Notes: generated from the sequence alone by a model not told the origin. DNA of 27,074 nucleotides from Candidatus Bathyarchaeia archaeon (GCA_038883855.1 JAVZLH010000015.1:1-27074), one strand, 5' to 3'. Numbered from the stretch's first letter, positions 8,569-17,717 are shown. Numbers and translations: made by a program.

Positions 8569-9759
8569 GTGTGTTTGCAGCGGTGGTCAGGTAATAGTAA
8601 GTTGGCTCTTTTGGGTGCGGCACACTCGCTTAATCACTCGCTATTTGTTATTGCTCCTACTTTGTTGACTGTAATTATGAGTGATTTGGGTGTTTCTAAG
8701 TTTGTTATTGGCATCATAGCTACTGTTGCGTCTTTTCTTTATGGCGCTGGTGCTTTGGTTGGCGGTCCTCTGGGCGATAGAATCGGCGAGGTTAAAACAA
8801 TAACGATATGTCTGACTTTCTCCGGTTTATCCACGTTACTCATGATTGCTGCAGGAACTACAGGTCAAATTGGCATTTATGCCTTGGCGTTAATTTTAAT
8901 GGCTTTTTGGGCTAGCCTTTACCATCCAACGGCAAACTCGCTAATTTCGAAAACTTTTAAGGGTACGGTTGCTGAAGCGATGGGCTTGCATGGTGTGGGA
9001 GGAACATTAGGCGTTGTTTTAACCCCCACTATAGCATGGTTTATAGGCTCAGTTTTTGGGTGGCCGTGGGCTTTTGTTGTTTTTGGAGCGCTGTGTATAT
9101 TGATTGCTTTGGAGTTTAGAAGGAAAGTGAGTTCTGAGCAAACTCGAAGTGCAGATAAGAACGTTGGGAGTATAATTGACGCGTTAAAAATTCGTGAGTT
9201 ATGGGTGCTCTTGATTTTTAATGTGGTGATAGGGCTTTTCATGAAGGGTATTGAGTTGTTTTTCCCCACATACCTTAAAGAAAACAGAGAGATAGACCCG
9301 ATGTGGGCTTCTGTTGCCTACACCATGGTTTTGGCTGCTGGTGTGCTTGGACAGTGGATTGGGGGAAAAGCTGCAGATAAGCTTGGTCCGAAGAAAGTTT
9401 TGATAGCTACATCAACTGGAGTGTGTATAGGTTTGTTTTCTCTTTTGCTTTTACCAGTTTACGTTGTTGGAATATTACTTTTCATTGTTTTTTATGGCGT
9501 TTCATTTCATGCGCATCAACCAGCATTAAACTCTTTAACAGGGTTTGTTTCACCTCCGAATCAGCGTGGCGCAGTTTATGGCATTTACTTCTTTACATCT
9601 TTTGGGGTAGGTTCGCTTTCGCAGTTTGTGGCAGGTTATGTGGCTGATGTTTACGGTTTAGATGTTGCCTTCTATTTGCTTACAGCGTTTGCTTTTGTTG
9701 CCCTAATATTATCTTTAAAACTTCCGGAAAGAGAAGGTGAACAATTCAAGATGGCATGA
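8569..9759 (+). CDS. MFS transporter
   Basis: About 12 TMs; GPLGDRIG and GKAADKLG motif-A repeats; YHP motif. Confidence 0.93.
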   Translation: MCLQRWSGNSKLALLGAAHSLNHSLFVIAPTLLTVIMSDLGVSKFVIGIIATVASFLYGAGALVGGPLGDRIGEVKTITICLTFSGLSTLLMIAAGTTGQIGIYALALILMAFWASLYHPTANSLISKTFKGTVAEAMGLHGVGGTLGVVLTPTIAWFIGSVFGWPWAFVVFGALCILIALEFRRKVSSEQTRSADKNVGSIIDALKIRELWVLLIFNVVIGLFMKGIELFFPTYLKENREIDPMWASVAYTMVLAAGVLGQWIGGKAADKLGPKKVLIATSTGVCIGLFSLLLLPVYVVGILLFIVFYGVSFHAHQPALNSLTGFVSPPNQRGAVYGIYFFTSFGVGSLSQFVAGYVADVYGLDVAFYLLTAFAFVALILSLKLPEREGEQFKMA

Positions 9760-11701
9760 AAAGGGCTAGAAGTCTGTAGGCCAATCCACCTAAGAGAAGC
9801 GCAAACGCTATATCTATAATAGATATTGCTAATGCTTTTTTCCACCCAAACTCCCGTATGCAAGCAGCTATTGTTGCGATGCATGGAATATAGAGCATTA
9901 TAACTAAAGAAAAGACAATCATTTGCACAGCACTTAAGGATTCTATATTTATGAGTTCTGAAAGCAAAATTAGCGATAATTCTTTGCGTAAAACTCCGAA
10001 TATTAGTGGAATGCCCGTCTCAATTGGAAGCCCAAGCCAGCCGCTTATGATTGGACTTGTGCCATTTGCAATATAAGTTATTAAACCGAGTATGTCAAGT
10101 GCTGCTATTGTGATGCTTCCAGCCACTATTATTGGAAAAGCCATGAAAACGAAATCTCTTGTCCTACTCCAAGTCTTCAGCAAAACACTTTTTGCAGATG
10201 GCTTTTTGTACGGTGGGATCTCCATGATTAAGCCCACTGGTTCTCCAGGTAAGACTTTGAACGCCACTCTGCCTAAAAAGAAAACTATGAGTAAATTAAA
10301 AGCGTAAAGAGCCAGCGCAGCATGTAATCCCACAAACCTGCCAACCAAGCCGAGAATGACAACTGTTCTAGCGGCGCATGGAATCAAGATGACGACGAAT
10401 GCTGCGAGAAAGCGTTCCCGTTCTGTTTCCATGATTCTACAACCGATGCATGCTGGAACACTGCAACCGTAGCCTAAAATTAAGGGTATGAACGCTTTCC
10501 CATGTAATCCTATTTTATGCATTAAGTTATCCATCAAAAATGCAGCGCGTGGAAGATAACCGCTATCTTCAAGAAGCGCTAGCAATATGTAAAATGGCAC
10601 AATGTATGGCAAAGCGATTGTTATTCCTGCAACTATGCCGAATAAAACTCCTCTGACAATTAGGGCGACAGTAATTTCAGGAAGTAAAGAAGTCAAGCCG
10701 CTTTCAACGTACGCAATAAAAATGTTAAAAACGTAATCTAGACCTGCGGAAATGAAGTTTCCACCGATAAAAATTAAAGTAAACATTGATGCTAAAACAA
10801 TAGCTAAAAACGTGTACCCCAAAATTTTATGAGTAGTTAAAGCGTCAAGTTTCTGCTCTAAACTTATTTTTGGAGGAGCCTCAATTATCGTTGATGCTTT
10901 GGCTATTTTATTTGCAAGACTGTATCTCTCAGACGCGATTACAACTGGTGAAGGTTCTCCATGAATCTCCTCAAGTTCTTTAGCCATTTTCTCCGCGTAT
11001 CTTAGGATTTCTTCTCCGTTCTCATAGTTTTTTAGGTTACTAGAAACTTCTGCGTCCCTTTCCAAAAGTTTAATTGCAATCCACCTTGCAGGGTAAACTG
11101 TGCTGAGTTCTTTAAGTTTAGATTTGATAAGTTTCTCGATTATTTGGACTCTTTTTTCAATTTCTTTTCCATATCTAACCTTTAATGGCTTAAGTTCAAT
11201 CTCCCCATTTATCACAGCAATGACCGTTGAAAGAAGTTCGTTTACTCCGCTTCCTGTAATTGCCACTGTAGGAACAACAGGTAACCCCAAAATTTCAGAA
11301 AGTTTCTTTACATCGATTTTTATACCCTTTTTTGCTGCGAAGTCAACTTGGTTTAAATCGATTATTATTGGAGCTTCAAGCTCTAAAAGCTGAAGTGTGA
11401 AGTATAGATTGCGTTCCAGCGCCGAAGCGTCTACGACGTTAACGATTATGTCGGGTTTCTCAACAGCGATATAATTACGTGAAACGATCTCCTCCATGGA
11501 GAACGTAGACAACGAGTATATTCCAGGCAAATCAATTACGCGAATTTTGTAACCTTTAAAGTGTAGCGTTCCCTCAGCCCTTTCCACAGTTTTCCCAGGC
11601 CAGTTTCCAACAATTTGGTTTAAGCCTGTAAGCTGGTTAAATATGGCGCTTTTTCCAACGTTTGCGTTTCCAGCCAATGCAATTCGTAACTGTTTAGCCA
11701 T
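9746..11701 (-). CDS. feoB: Ferrous iron transporter FeoB
   Basis: GNANVGKS, GNWPGKTVE, DLPGIYSL, LEDSGYLPR, GYGCSVPA and YIPCIAT motifs. Confidence 0.97.
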   Translation of the reverse strand: MAKQLRIALAGNANVGKSAIFNQLTGLNQIVGNWPGKTVERAEGTLHFKGYKIRVIDLPGIYSLSTFSMEEIVSRNYIAVEKPDIIVNVVDASALERNLYFTLQLLELEAPIIIDLNQVDFAAKKGIKIDVKKLSEILGLPVVPTVAITGSGVNELLSTVIAVINGEIELKPLKVRYGKEIEKRVQIIEKLIKSKLKELSTVYPARWIAIKLLERDAEVSSNLKNYENGEEILRYAEKMAKELEEIHGEPSPVVIASERYSLANKIAKASTIIEAPPKISLEQKLDALTTHKILGYTFLAIVLASMFTLIFIGGNFISAGLDYVFNIFIAYVESGLTSLLPEITVALIVRGVLFGIVAGITIALPYIVPFYILLALLEDSGYLPRAAFLMDNLMHKIGLHGKAFIPLILGYGCSVPACIGCRIMETERERFLAAFVVILIPCAARTVVILGLVGRFVGLHAALALYAFNLLIVFFLGRVAFKVLPGEPVGLIMEIPPYKKPSAKSVLLKTWSRTRDFVFMAFPIIVAGSITIAALDILGLITYIANGTSPIISGWLGLPIETGIPLIFGVLRKELSLILLSELINIESLSAVQMIVFSLVIMLYIPCIATIAACIREFGWKKALAISIIDIAFALLLGGLAYRLLALFMPS

Positions 11702-12003
11702 TAGAGGGCATCCTTTAATGGTTTTACAAAAACTTTTGAAGCTACGCCGTGACCGAGAGCAAGAGTTACACCTCTAACCTCAATTTCTACCGGTCCGCTG
11801 AAAAGTCCTTTCCTCAACACCTTTACTTCTACGCCTGGTGTTAATCCCATTTCTGCTAGTCTGCGTAGTAGTCCAAATCCGCCGACAGCATGTGAGACTA
11901 TGCCTTTTTCGCCTTCGTTTAGATTTATGATGGAGACTGCTTCATTTCTGTTTTCGATTTTAGTTTCTGGCTTTTTTCCTCTGTGCCTAAATTGCATGTG
12001 CAT
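11701..12003 (-). CDS. feoA: Ferrous iron transport protein FeoA
   Basis: RRLAEMGLTPGVEVKV...GPVEIEVRG..LALG SH3-like pattern; GGGAGAG before ATG 12003; stop overlaps the feoB start. Confidence 0.93.
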   Translation of the reverse strand: MHMQFRHRGKKPETKIENRNEAVSIINLNEGEKGIVSHAVGGFGLLRRLAEMGLTPGVEVKVLRKGLFSGPVEIEVRGVTLALGHGVASKVFVKPLKDAL

Positions 12004-12676
12004 CTCTCCCTGGGATTTTGACCCAAATGTTTGCGGCATCCTCGTAACTTAAGGTACATTCTTTACCAGAAACGCATATAACAAGTTTTGAGCGCAGACG
12101 CTTCACAATGTAGATTGGTGCGTCAGGCTTTATTCCTTTGCTTGCTAACAGAACAAGTTTCTCTCTTTTTTCGTTTGTTATTTTTGATATTCTGCCAGTT
12201 TCGCCAAGAGGCATTTGTGTCAGTAGCTGACATTTTTCCTCCTCTAACACGCCTTCCTCTGATGGTATGGGATTTCCATGCGGGCAAAACTTCGGATTTT
12301 CCAAACGCTTTTCCAAAAGTTGTATCACTTCCTTTGTTAGGGCATGTTCAAGCCTACATGCGCTTTCGTGGACATCACACCAGTCGGCGTTTAAAATATC
12401 TGTTAAAAGTTTCTCGGCAAGTCTATGCCTCCTAACGATGTCTAAGGCGAGTTTTTCACCTTTTGCGGTGAGCCTAACACCTCTGTAAGGCTTGTGTTCA
12501 ACCAAACCATGTTTTTCCAGATGTGTAATTGTGTTCGTAATGGAACCATGTGCAACTTTTAGTTCGTCTGCTAACTCCTTTGTTTTAGCGATGCCGCTGC
12601 GTTTCTGGAGCTTGTATATTGCTTCAATATACTCTTCTGCCTCGTAAGATACTTCCGCTGTCAAAGGAAACACCAA
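11987..12676 (-). CDS. DtxR/IdeR family metal-dependent repressor with C-terminal FeoA domain
   Basis: EEYIEAIYKL wHTH, RRHRLAE, ACRLEH (DtxR-like Cys/Glu/His metal ligands) and CPHGNPIP. Start may be TTG 12664. Confidence 0.93.
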   Translation of the reverse strand: MVFPLTAEVSYEAEEYIEAIYKLQKRSGIAKTKELADELKVAHGSITNTITHLEKHGLVEHKPYRGVRLTAKGEKLALDIVRRHRLAEKLLTDILNADWCDVHESACRLEHALTKEVIQLLEKRLENPKFCPHGNPIPSEEGVLEEEKCQLLTQMPLGETGRISKITNEKREKLVLLASKGIKPDAPIYIVKRLRSKLVICVSGKECTLSYEDAANIWVKIPGRDAHAI

Positions 12677-12696
12677 ATGACGAGAACTCGTAATTT
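12675..12696. promoter_or_regulatory. Imperfect palindrome at the predicted start of the dtxR-feoAB transcript (candidate operator)
   Basis: AAATGACGAG-AA-CTCGTAATTT (9/10 arm match), just downstream of a minus-strand TTTATAAG box at about 12711-12718. Confidence 0.45.
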
Positions 12697-12881
12697 AATA
12701 AATAAAACGCCTTATAAACTTTTTGCCTTAACGAAATAAAACGAAATTTATAAATACACAAACTTACAAGCTCTTCGCCTCCATAATCTACCAACGCTTA
12801 CGCGACGAAACCTCGTCCAAAACATAAATGCTCCATGGAGTTCTGGGCAGTCCACTATGCTTTTAGGCAATAAGTCATCAA

Positions 12882-12933
12882 TTTGCAAATTTTTACGTAT
12901 GCGAATTCAATGCGAATAGAAAAAATTTGCAAA
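12882..12933. repeat. 13-bp perfect inverted repeat enclosing tandem ATGCGAAT
   Basis: TTTGCAAATTTTT (12882-12894) and AAAAATTTGCAAA (12921-12933); ATGCGAAT at 12899 and 12910. Confidence 0.6.
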
Positions 12934-13355
12934 AACATGAAAAATAAAAGGCAAAGGAGAAAATAAGCATGTAGTTTTTTAGCTCTTTTGTTTAAAACTT
13001 ATATGCTTCAAGCTTTACGATCAACGAACTAGATTCATATCCTACGATTTGGCATATCCAATTCAAGCATTTGTCAGGAGAAGCGTCAACACGCAGTGAG
13101 ACAAGCAATGTGGAAATATATCTACTGAGATTTTCAACTGCTTGTCTATAGTGAAAGTCGCTCTGTTGGGTTAAATTCTAACTAATGTTATTACTACTTA
13201 ACATAAGTCTGTTGATTGTTCAATTAGGGAGCTAATATACTAAGTTTATGTGCGTTTCAAAAGCGAACTGGCATGCGGTAGTGCTAAACTTAGATTAAGG
13301 AAAATATGTTGCAAATTATGAGGTCTATTTGAAACGGCAAGTTTTTGCGTCTTTC

Positions 13356-13769
13356 TCACTCGCCTATCACCTGGATTGTTATGGTTCTTCTTCTTGGATG
13401 TACATCTGTCTCAACAAAGAGCAGGGACTGCCATGTCCCAAATTCTATTCGCCCGTCAATTACTGGCAATGTTTTGTCTGGTGGTAGAAGCACAGACCTC
13501 AGATGAGCGTGGGCGTTAGATGGATGCATGTAAATACCGTCTCTAGGAACAAGCTTTTCCAACAAAGCCTTAACGTCATTCAATAAGCCGTATTCGCTTT
13601 CTGTTAGTATTAAAATGCCAGTTGCATGCGGAGCGAAAACATGGACTATGCCGTTTTTTATTCCAGATTTTGAAACCACTTCCTGAACTTTGTCGGTTAA
13701 GTCTACAAATTCAATTTCGCCCTTTGTGGAAAAGCTATAGGTTGCATTGTAAACTTTAAAGTCTGGCAA
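13356..13769 (-). CDS. yjbQ: YjbQ/UPF0047 family protein
   Basis: DLTDKV, PHATG, NAHAHLRS, GTWQSLLFVETD and RRR motifs; GAGGTGA RBS before TTG. Confidence 0.93.
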   Translation of the reverse strand: MPDFKVYNATYSFSTKGEIEFVDLTDKVQEVVSKSGIKNGIVHVFAPHATGILILTESEYGLLNDVKALLEKLVPRDGIYMHPSNAHAHLRSVLLPPDKTLPVIDGRIEFGTWQSLLFVETDVHPRRRTITIQVIGE

Positions 13770-13840
13770 GCCTTTTCACCTCCCTCGTTATTTCAGCATT
13801 TTTGTAATTATGTAGTCGCTGTCTTTGAAAAACCTTTTTT

Positions 13841-14181
13841 GATTTCGCCCAACCTCGGCAAACCCATTGTCTTATAGAGGTTTATGGCGTCTTCTTCTAT
13901 TTCAGTTCATATACCTCTTCACTATTTCAGAGTTAGCCACTCCAAGTCCATCAACATCGGCGGCTACAGAAAACTTCGCCTTTTTCTTGGAGGCTAAGAA
14001 TCTGAAAGCCATTCCACTTCCTCTTCCTTAGAAACTTTCTCAGCTTTAATGATGTTCGCGCTTTCACCAACAGGCGAATTGATAAAATCCAGCAAATCGT
14101 CTAAGTCCCCCGCTTGAGAGTTCTCAAAACCACTTGCGGCAATTCTTGACAACAAACTCCACGATAGCATTGGGGCCACAT
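13841..14181 (-). pseudogene. Decayed GNAT N-acetyltransferase relic (frameshifts, stops, internal deletion)
   Basis: Pieces in shifting frames: IVEFVVKNCRK / VVLRTLKRG / DLDDLLDFINS...EKVSKEEEVEWLS* / EKGEVF / VAADVDG.GVANSEI / AINLYKTMG / FAEVGR. The central acetyl-CoA motif A is missing. Boundaries approximate. Confidence 0.7.
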
Positions 14182-14212
14182 AACCTTTTTCAAAAGGGCT
14201 GAAACTGGTGAG

Positions 14213-14275
14213 TTTTGTTGATGCTTTTGTATACGGAGTCCGCATAATTCCCTCCGGTGAATTCTGGTGACACAT
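14213..14275 (+). repeat. Left copy of 63-bp inverted repeat (partner 17564-17626)
   Basis: ttttgttgatgcttttgtatacggagtccgcataattccctccggtgaattctggtgacacat; 60/63 identical to the reverse complement of the right copy, first 42 bp identical. Confidence 0.95.
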
Positions 14276-14457
14276 TAAGAAATATGTAATACCAACTTTA
14301 CTGGAATCACCAAAAAGTGAATTTTTGACGTCAAAAGTTTGAAAATGTGAGCCACCTAGCCTATAAGAAGCAAGACAAGTTTGCTTACCCATGCAAAATA
14401 AGCCAGCAAAAAGCCCATTTCCAATTCGCAAAAGTCCCGTGGTGAAAACCTAAAATC

Positions 14458-14646
14458 CTAGTTGTTAGGGTTTCTTCTTGTTTTCCAGCGCTCATAAACG
14501 ATCACGCTTAATGGGATAAGGAAGCCGAGAAACAAAAACAGAGCCACCGCCGACTGACCCATTGCAACAAACTCAAGGATGAGGAAAATCCAGCATGCTG
14601 CAGTCAATAATAGGATTGCCTTCGCGAAACGGCCTATGAATCCCAT
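14458..14646 (-). CDS. Small two-TM membrane protein, unknown function
   Basis: 62 aa with ATG start, two hydrophobic helices and a basic C-terminal tail. Confidence 0.6.
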   Translation of the reverse strand: MGFIGRFAKAILLLTAACWIFLILEFVAMGQSAVALFLFLGFLIPLSVIVYERWKTRRNPNN

Positions 14647-15192
14647 TAGGTGTAACCAATAGAATGAACTGTAAACAGTGTATTAAAAGTTGCGATACAC
14701 AGCTATTAATTACGGCTTCAACTTGTGTAAACAATCTAGCCACCGCAAAAGTCTAAGTCAGTCACACCACGAAATTTTTCGAAGTATTTACGAATTATGT
14801 TGGTTTTTGTTTGGCATGGAGATTTTCGACAGTTTCCTTTATGAAGCCACGGTTAACTCCATGCTTGCTGTTTGATGGCTGATTTAAAAAGGCTGAAAAG
14901 AGCCTCTTTTGAATTTCTCGGCTTAAAAATAGCTTTTTGTTTTTATGCTTGCTGATGAAACTTTTCACGGTTTCCGGGCTATTGGCATACGATGGAAAAC
15001 AACCAAATAAAATGCCTTTAGTTGTAAAAGAGAGGATTAAATTGGTTTCTATTTTTATTTGAGTTTTTCGAAAGAATATCGCTAATAGGGCGTGATTGGT
15101 TGCTGTTGCTGGTATTTTTATTTTTTTCATATATCCATTTTGAAATAACGTCTTTAATTGTTCACTGTGGTTGTTTTGGTAGAGAGGTAAAG

Positions 15193-17445
15193 GTGCCACA
15201 CTTGACCACCGACCATTTTGGAGAAGGCGTCGAAGTATTCGAGAGAAGCGTAAATGGACGAAAGGTCAGGGTTAAGTGGGACTGGGGCAAGTTCAAAAGC
15301 ACAGAGGGTTTCCCGGTTGACGATAACTTGATAAACTGGGTTATAGGACAGGAACAAGCCTTAAAAGAATGTTTCCTCTGCTTAGACGAGTGGGTTCACA
15401 AACTCAAATGGCTTGAAAAAACTAAATGGTATGAAAGCTGGAGCCACCTAGACAAGCCTAAGCCTTCGGCAAAAACAGTCATAAGCCCTGGACCATACCT
15501 CTTGCTTTTGGGAGACCCTGGAACAGGCAAGTCTCTTATTGGGAGGGCTCTTGCAGAAAAGCTTACGCAGGTTTACAAGGAAAATGGCATAAAGCTTTTT
15601 GATGTTTTATGCTGGAAGAATTCAGCGTTGCCAAGCCAGCCTAAAATCTCAATTCATAAAGCTGGAGAAGGAAAGAAAATCCTGCAAATAGAGCAGCTTA
15701 AAGAACTTAAGAGGAAGTTTGTGACCAAAGTAGGGCTTAAGGCGCTGCAAATCTTCCTAATTTTGATGGGTCTGCTTCTTATGTACTTAGGCTTCTATTT
15801 CATGTATCAAGCGTGGCAGATATGGAACGCCAATCCAACGTATTTTGGAGAACCACTCCAAGAATACTACAACAATAACTTTGTAGATTATATTATAGGA
15901 AAGTTTGTTGGCTTAGTCCCAATAACCTTCATTCCAGGCGGGAGCCTAATTTTCTTCGGAGTCTTCATATGGTGGTTCTCGAGGCTCGGCGGACTAGGCA
16001 ATTTGAAGGGCATTGGGGGGGCTCAACAAACGGATGTTCCGAAACTTTTGGTTGATAACAGTTCTGAGCGTTCGCCTTTTGTAGACGCCACTGGGCATAG
16101 AAGCGCTCAACTTTTTGGTTCAATAGCATGGGACCCTTATCAGACTGGTGGTTTGGGCACTCCTGAGCATCAGCGGGTTACCGCTGGAGATGTCCACATT
16201 GCGTCTCTTGGCATTCTATATATTGATGAGATAAAGAACCTTGACCAAGAAGAAGCAATAACGTTGCTAACGGTTCTTGAGGAAGGACAACTGCCCATAA
16301 CTTTGCGAGGACGCTGGCATGGAGGAGACACTGCTGCAATGGCTGTTTCAACAGAACCCGTTCCAGCCATAACCTTTCTGGTCGGTGCTGGAAACTTTGA
16401 CAGCATAAGCCAAATCCACCCAGCCTTGATGGACCGCATTTACGGATATGGCAAAGTTGTGAGAATGAATAATGACATGCCTAACACTTTGGAGAACAGG
16501 CGAAAGTATGTGCAGTTCATAGCGCAGGAGGTTAAACGCTTTAACCTTATCCACTTCAGTATGGAGGCGTGTCAAGAAATAGTGGAGGAGGGAAGACGGA
16601 GAAGCAACAAAAGAGACGCTTTAACAACGAGGTTTAGACCCCTAATTTCCATTATAAAGACGGCTGCAACCCTTGCCATGAACGAGGGATGCAAGGTTGT
16701 TGAGAGGCGTCATGTTAAAGAAGCCATCGAACATCACTGCAAGACTATTCAGAGGCAAATTCTTGAGCATGAAATGAACGAGAGGGGGAAGCTGCTTGAA
16801 ATCAAGCCGGAAGGAGCCAAACTTGGACAGATTCACGGCTTAGCGGTTGTTAGAGACCCGTACAGCGGCGAGATGACTGGAAGCGTCTTATGCGTTAGAG
16901 CCTATATGGCTAAGAAAAACGAACTTCCAAGAAACTATCCCTTTAAGGGCTATTACAAAGTGACTGGTGTAGCCAAGGGGCAAAGCTTCATCGCAGACAG
17001 CATAGCCAAAGTTAGAAGCGTAATACTGCAAAAATACGGGATTGACATAGCCCAAGACTATTTGACGCATATTGACTTCGCCCAGTCCTATGGAGTTGAC
17101 GGCCCATCGGCGGGCGTAACAATGGCCATTCTATTATGCTCGCTGATTGAGGGAAAACTCATAAGGCAGGATGTTGCTGTAACCGGCGAAATAAACCTAG
17201 GCGTAGGAAACTCCATACAAGTGACTGCTGTAGGCGGGGTTTACGAGAAAATTAAGGCTGCGGAAGCTTGGGGCTTTAAAAAAGTTGTTATTCCTCAAAA
17301 GAATTATGAGCATTCTATAGATGTCAGAGATTACAAGATTGAGGTTGTTCCAGCAGCGACATTAGATGATTATTTGAAGGAGTGCCTTGTTGAGAGGCCA
17401 GCCATTAAAGTTTGGACCCAAGCGTTTAAACGCAGGAAATCTTAG
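15193..17445 (+). CDS. lonB: Membrane-anchored ATP-dependent Lon protease (LonB architecture)
   Basis: VIGQEQA, Walker A GDPGTGKS, two-TM insertion, PFVDATG, LFG....DPYQTGGLGTPEHQRV, Walker B LYIDEI, HPALMDRI.GYG, catalytic DGPSAG and GGVYEK. GAGGT RBS before GTG 15193; the ORF-track start at 15100 is likely too long. Confidence 0.95.
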   Translation: MPHLTTDHFGEGVEVFERSVNGRKVRVKWDWGKFKSTEGFPVDDNLINWVIGQEQALKECFLCLDEWVHKLKWLEKTKWYESWSHLDKPKPSAKTVISPGPYLLLLGDPGTGKSLIGRALAEKLTQVYKENGIKLFDVLCWKNSALPSQPKISIHKAGEGKKILQIEQLKELKRKFVTKVGLKALQIFLILMGLLLMYLGFYFMYQAWQIWNANPTYFGEPLQEYYNNNFVDYIIGKFVGLVPITFIPGGSLIFFGVFIWWFSRLGGLGNLKGIGGAQQTDVPKLLVDNSSERSPFVDATGHRSAQLFGSIAWDPYQTGGLGTPEHQRVTAGDVHIASLGILYIDEIKNLDQEEAITLLTVLEEGQLPITLRGRWHGGDTAAMAVSTEPVPAITFLVGAGNFDSISQIHPALMDRIYGYGKVVRMNNDMPNTLENRRKYVQFIAQEVKRFNLIHFSMEACQEIVEEGRRRSNKRDALTTRFRPLISIIKTAATLAMNEGCKVVERRHVKEAIEHHCKTIQRQILEHEMNERGKLLEIKPEGAKLGQIHGLAVVRDPYSGEMTGSVLCVRAYMAKKNELPRNYPFKGYYKVTGVAKGQSFIADSIAKVRSVILQKYGIDIAQDYLTHIDFAQSYGVDGPSAGVTMAILLCSLIEGKLIRQDVAVTGEINLGVGNSIQVTAVGGVYEKIKAAEAWGFKKVVIPQKNYEHSIDVRDYKIEVVPAATLDDYLKECLVERPAIKVWTQAFKRRKS

Positions 17446-17563
17446 ACAAAGGCTTCTTCACACCTTTCTTCCTCTAGGCTAAACGTTTAACATTTTCGTT
17501 TTTTCTAGCGTAAATCAACCAAGTTTAGTGGGTTGGGTAATTTCGGTATTACTAAGCAAAGTT

Positions 17564-17626
17564 ATGTTTCACCAAAATTCACCAGAGGGAATTATGCGGA
17601 CTCCGTATACAAAAGCATCAACAAAA
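17564..17626 (-). repeat. Right copy of 63-bp inverted repeat (partner 14213-14275)
   Basis: atgtttcaccaaaattcaccagagggaattatgcggactccgtatacaaaagcatcaacaaaa; 3 mismatches to the left copy. Confidence 0.95.
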
Positions 17627-17717
17627 ACCCTAAATCTGCTGCAAAACTGGAAAGGGGAGAAAGTTATTATGCATTCCACTTCCTACATACTGTGTTTACC
17701 GGTGGAGTGCAAGGATT

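Noticed and set aside
12992-13204. 71-codon minus-strand frame with an in-frame TAG at codon 9 (possible pyrrolysine readthrough)
   Set aside because: No recognisable homology or RBS, no Pyl genes in the window, and TAG terminates several real genes here.
14237-14264. dif/Xer-like site (AGTCCGCATAA resembles a XerC arm)
   Set aside because: No TTAT-starting second arm after the 6-bp spacer.
13994-14431. 145-aa ORF, and ORFs 17528-17725 and 17533-17853; the first two share HQNSPEGIMRTPYTKASTK
   Set aside because: The shared peptide is only the translation of the 63-bp DNA repeat. The left ORF is a chimera with the GNAT relic, and none resembles a protein family.
14795-15199. 134-aa minus-strand ORF upstream of lonB
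   Set aside because: No motifs and overlaps the lonB start/promoter region; may be a decayed gene but cannot be supported.
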